Assembly (NCBI GenBank): GCA_038150265.1
Contig: JAYOTF010000035.1
Coordinates: 1-37,570 of the forward strand
Direction of reading: 5' to 3'
Origin: Deltaproteobacteria bacterium
GTDB taxonomy: Bacteria; SAR324; NAC60-12
Length of the DNA: 37,570 nucleotides
A program made the position numbers and the translations under genes. Below the pieces are notes generated by a model. The model was not told the origin of the DNA. It searched no databases and worked only from the letters and a program-made list of their open reading frames with translations. Numbering within the stretch: the first letter of the stretch is position 1; each line of letters starts with the position of its first letter. Shown here one piece after another: positions 34,927 to 37,570 of the stretch.

Positions 34927-35762
34927 CAGGTTGCCAGAAAATCGAGGACAGGGCGTTGCTGGGCGAGGGTCGTCAGGGTGGGGGCGTGACCACAGTCCGG
35001 AAATTCCACCAGCTGCGGACGCGGCCCCCGCTGGGTCATGGCCTCTGCCACCGCCTGTGGAAGGACATCGGAGTGGGCCCCCCGTAACAGCAGGGTCGGA
35101 ACCGTGATGGTGTCATACGGTTCCCACAGGCTCAGGTCTTCCGGGTGAGCGGTGAACTGACTGACGATGCGAGGGTCGTAATGCACGGTCAGGGCACCGG
35201 AGTCGGTACGGCGAGCCGAGGTTGCCGCCATGCGCTTCCAGAAAGCGGGAGCATTGGCGCCAAAGGGCTGATACACCGTCTCCAACCAGGCCTGCAGCTC
35301 CGTGTAGGTGGCAAAGCTCGGCGGGTTCCCGACATAGGCAACAATGCGTGCCACGGCGCTTTCCGGAACTTCTGGACCAATGTCATTGAGGACCAGATGC
35401 GAGAGGCGGTTCCGGAAGGCCCCGGCCGCAAGCGTCAGGCCAATGAGCCCTCCCATGGAGGTCCCGACCCAGCGGACGGTTTCCAGCTCCAGCCCGTCAC
35501 AAAAGGCCTCGGCCAGAGCCGCGTACTCCCGGAAGCAGTACCCCTGCTCGCGGTCTGGCGCCCACTGGCTCAGCCCACGCCCCGGTGTGTCTGGACAGAA
35601 GACCCGATACCGAGTTGCCAGTTGCTCCGCGAGCTCGTCAAAGTCCCGACCCGTCCGGGCCAGTCCATGCCAGCAGATCACCGCAGGCGCCCCCGGAGGG
35701 CCCCACTCCATGAAGTGTACTTCCTGCCCACGGCACGTGATGAAACGCGATTGACCGACCAT
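34926..35762 (-). CDS. alpha/beta fold hydrolase
   Basis: CWHGLAR, PDTPGRG, nucleophile GTSMGG, RGAHSD, CGHAP. Confidence 0.93.
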   Translation of the reverse strand: MVGQSRFITCRGQEVHFMEWGPPGAPAVICWHGLARTGRDFDELAEQLATRYRVFCPDTPGRGLSQWAPDREQGYCFREYAALAEAFCDGLELETVRWVGTSMGGLIGLTLAAGAFRNRLSHLVLNDIGPEVPESAVARIVAYVGNPPSFATYTELQAWLETVYQPFGANAPAFWKRMAATSARRTDSGALTVHYDPRIVSQFTAHPEDLSLWEPYDTITVPTLLLRGAHSDVLPQAVAEAMTQRGPRPQLVEFPDCGHAPTLTTLAQQRPVLDFLAT

Positions 35763-36094
35763 CTCTTAACCTCCGGAACCCTTCACTCACAGGGAAGCCG
35801 ACGCCTCCCTTACTTCAGGCCCCAAGCATACGTGGGCCGTGGCAGCAGAGCAAGCAAAGAGGAGTTGCCTTCACCATTGCCCCGGGCAACCTCTGCCGAC
35901 TCTCACTTCTGAGAGCCTCTTCCTACCTACCTCAAGCCCGGATGCTTTTCGGACAAAAAAATCGCACAGGCCCCAATAAATTTTCCGACGCTCGCAGTGG
36001 TGAGGCTTTCAGGAAAAGCTGGCCGGTAATGATTTCAAGGGATTACACACCGCCATGAGCGGTCTCAGGACAAACTCACAGCCATTCATTTTTT

Positions 36095-36140
36095 CCGAGC
36101 TTAATCATAAATTAAATCAATAATTACAGTGGTATAAGCA
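36095..36140 (+). promoter_or_regulatory. AT-rich tract with extended -10-like element
   Basis: TTAATCATAAATTAAATCAATAATTACAG-TG-G-TATAAG, about 80 bp upstream of ATG 36216. Confidence 0.4.
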
Positions 36141-36215
36141 TTGCTCGTTTGTCAGGCAAACCACACGCCGAATCCCGAAGGCGCTCTTCTTCATGCTTAC
36201 AAGAGGCTCAGGTAG

Positions 36216-36905
36216 ATGATGCTCAAATCACTGACGAGACCGCTCTGCTGCACCCTGCTCGCGCTGGGGCTCATGCTGAGCGGAAGAGAAACGAAGGCCG
36301 AATGGCGGCTCAACTTCAATTTCACGGGAGCCTCTGCTCCACAGGCCAGTTTGGTCAGCCAATCCGATCAGCGAGAGATCAACTTAACGGACCAGTTCCC
36401 CATCGGCATGTCCGTCGACTGGCTTCCCTGGAAGAGCCAGTTTCTCTTTCTACAAGCCGCTTGGGATTACAATGATCTGGTCGCTGAGGAAACTCAAAAC
36501 AACATCGTCATTACCCATCACCTGAAACAGACTCAGTACACGGCGCGTCTTTTCTTCAACCTTCCCCTGAGCCTGGCAGCAACCACTGGCATTCGCTCCA
36601 GCCGAGGAAGTGCTCTGGAGATCTTTGGGAGCCTCTATGGCCTGCCACTGTCTTCCACTACTGAGTACTATTACGAGTCCCAAGGACTCATCAATCGCAC
36701 CTCCGACACGTACAAAGGCAGCCGCAATGAAGAAGTCGGCTCTCTGAAGTTAATCGGAGTTCGCTATGCGACTGTGAACTACACGTTCGGGGTCTACCAA
36801 GACAGTCGGAGCAGTGACCTGGAGGTCCAGTTTCAGGACGGGAACACTTACCAGTTTAATCGCAATAACATGACGGTACTCAGCTTTGGGATGAGGTTCA
36901 AATGA
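36216..36905 (+). CDS. hypothetical exported protein, probable outer-membrane beta-barrel
   Basis: Signal peptide-like N-terminus, alternating aromatic beta strands, C-terminal VLSFGMRFK resembling a beta-signal. Confidence 0.65.
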   Translation: MMLKSLTRPLCCTLLALGLMLSGRETKAEWRLNFNFTGASAPQASLVSQSDQREINLTDQFPIGMSVDWLPWKSQFLFLQAAWDYNDLVAEETQNNIVITHHLKQTQYTARLFFNLPLSLAATTGIRSSRGSALEIFGSLYGLPLSSTTEYYYESQGLINRTSDTYKGSRNEEVGSLKLIGVRYATVNYTFGVYQDSRSSDLEVQFQDGNTYQFNRNNMTVLSFGMRFK

Positions 36906-37570
36906 GAAAGAAAATTATTCAATTCATGCTCATCGGGGGGTGCCTCACCAGTTTGGCGGCCTGTGGAGACGAATCGATGATTGAGTCAGCGGAGCCCGAT
37001 CCGGTCACGGCTCCCCGACTCACCGCCACCATTGATCAAGACACAGACACGACTGGCACAACGGCCACTCTAAGCATTGGCTTGACTACGCCTGGAGGGG
37101 GCGATGTGCCCATCAGCATCACCAGCAGCGACACCGGTGTTGGAGCCGTGAGCGCTGCCTCAGTGACCATTAGCGATGCCGATTGGCGGCAGGCGACGGA
37201 CCTCAGTGCCATCAAAACCGTGACCCTGACGGGGCAGTGCGACACCGTCGCAGGAGATGCCACCTACGATGTTCAGGTGACCCCTGACTCGGCCAACTAT
37301 CCGAGCACACTGGCCCAAACGATCACCGTTACCAATCAGGACTTGCCCAGTATTTGGGTCAGCAGCACTACAGGAACGACCGCTGAAACCGGGACAGCCG
37401 TTGAGTACACGGTCCGTCTTTGCAGTCAGGATAACGCGACCGTTGATATCGTTTCTTCCAACACAGCGGAGGGAGTCGTCAGTACGGCCTCACTTGCCTT
37501 TACAGATGCGAATTGGACCACGGCGCAAACCTTCACGGTCACCGGGCAAGACGATGCCATTGCCGACAAC
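36902..37570 (+). CDS. surface lipoprotein with tandem Ig/Calx-beta-like repeats (partial, runs off window)
   Basis: ATG 36902 (ATGA overlap): MRKKIIQFMLIGGCLTSLAA-CGD lipobox, open to the window end. Repeats SSDTGVGAVSAASVTISDADW...TVTLTGQCD and SSNTAEGVVSTASLAFTDANWTTAQTFTVTGQDD. Confidence 0.85.
   Translation, partial: MRKKIIQFMLIGGCLTSLAACGDESMIESAEPDPVTAPRLTATIDQDTDTTGTTATLSIGLTTPGGGDVPISITSSDTGVGAVSAASVTISDADWRQATDLSAIKTVTLTGQCDTVAGDATYDVQVTPDSANYPSTLAQTITVTNQDLPSIWVSSTTGTTAETGTAVEYTVRLCSQDNATVDIVSSNTAEGVVSTASLAFTDANWTTAQTFTVTGQDDAIADN

Noticed and set aside
37036..37263. Minus-strand 75-aa ORF
   Set aside because: Antisense to the lipoprotein reading frame that is open from 36902 to the window end.

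Overview
A GC-rich bacterial chromosomal segment, densely coding, with no CRISPR array, IS, rRNA or prophage that I can support. A deltaproteobacterial-like host is suggested by zapA-6S RNA, rbgA and tRNA-Arg(UCG), but that is inference. Left to right: the tail of a coiled-coil gene with 54-bp tandem repeats, a gamma-glutamyltransferase, rbgA, zapA and a 6S RNA. Next is a translationally coupled run: XerD-like recombinase with a degenerate active site, NodE-like ketosynthase, ACP, type III PKS, ICMT-type methyltransferase and LutC. A ~7-kb module (10.9-17.9 kb) follows with two convergent gene arms: MoxR-type AAA+, HExxH/VWA protein and two small paralogues on +; ADP-ribosylglycohydrolase, metallophosphoesterase and WYL regulator on -. 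Both arms are headed by the same CGAC-N7-GTCG palindrome with a -10-like hexamer at identical spacing. This is my best candidate for an undescribed WYL-controlled stress or defence system. After it come an OmpR-type two-component system with an RND pump whose adaptor lacks the alpha-hairpin, a ModF-like ATPase, cidA/lrgB-family genes, an acetylpolyamine amidohydrolase, a bioD-like gene, udk, tRNA-Leu(UAG), tRNA-Arg(UCG) and apt. The right end has a PARIS-like ABC-ATPase/DUF4435 pair, an alpha/beta hydrolase, a probable outer-membrane protein and a truncated repeat lipoprotein. The palindrome TCCGGA is strongly over-represented. All family calls come from motif recognition by eye; no searches were run.
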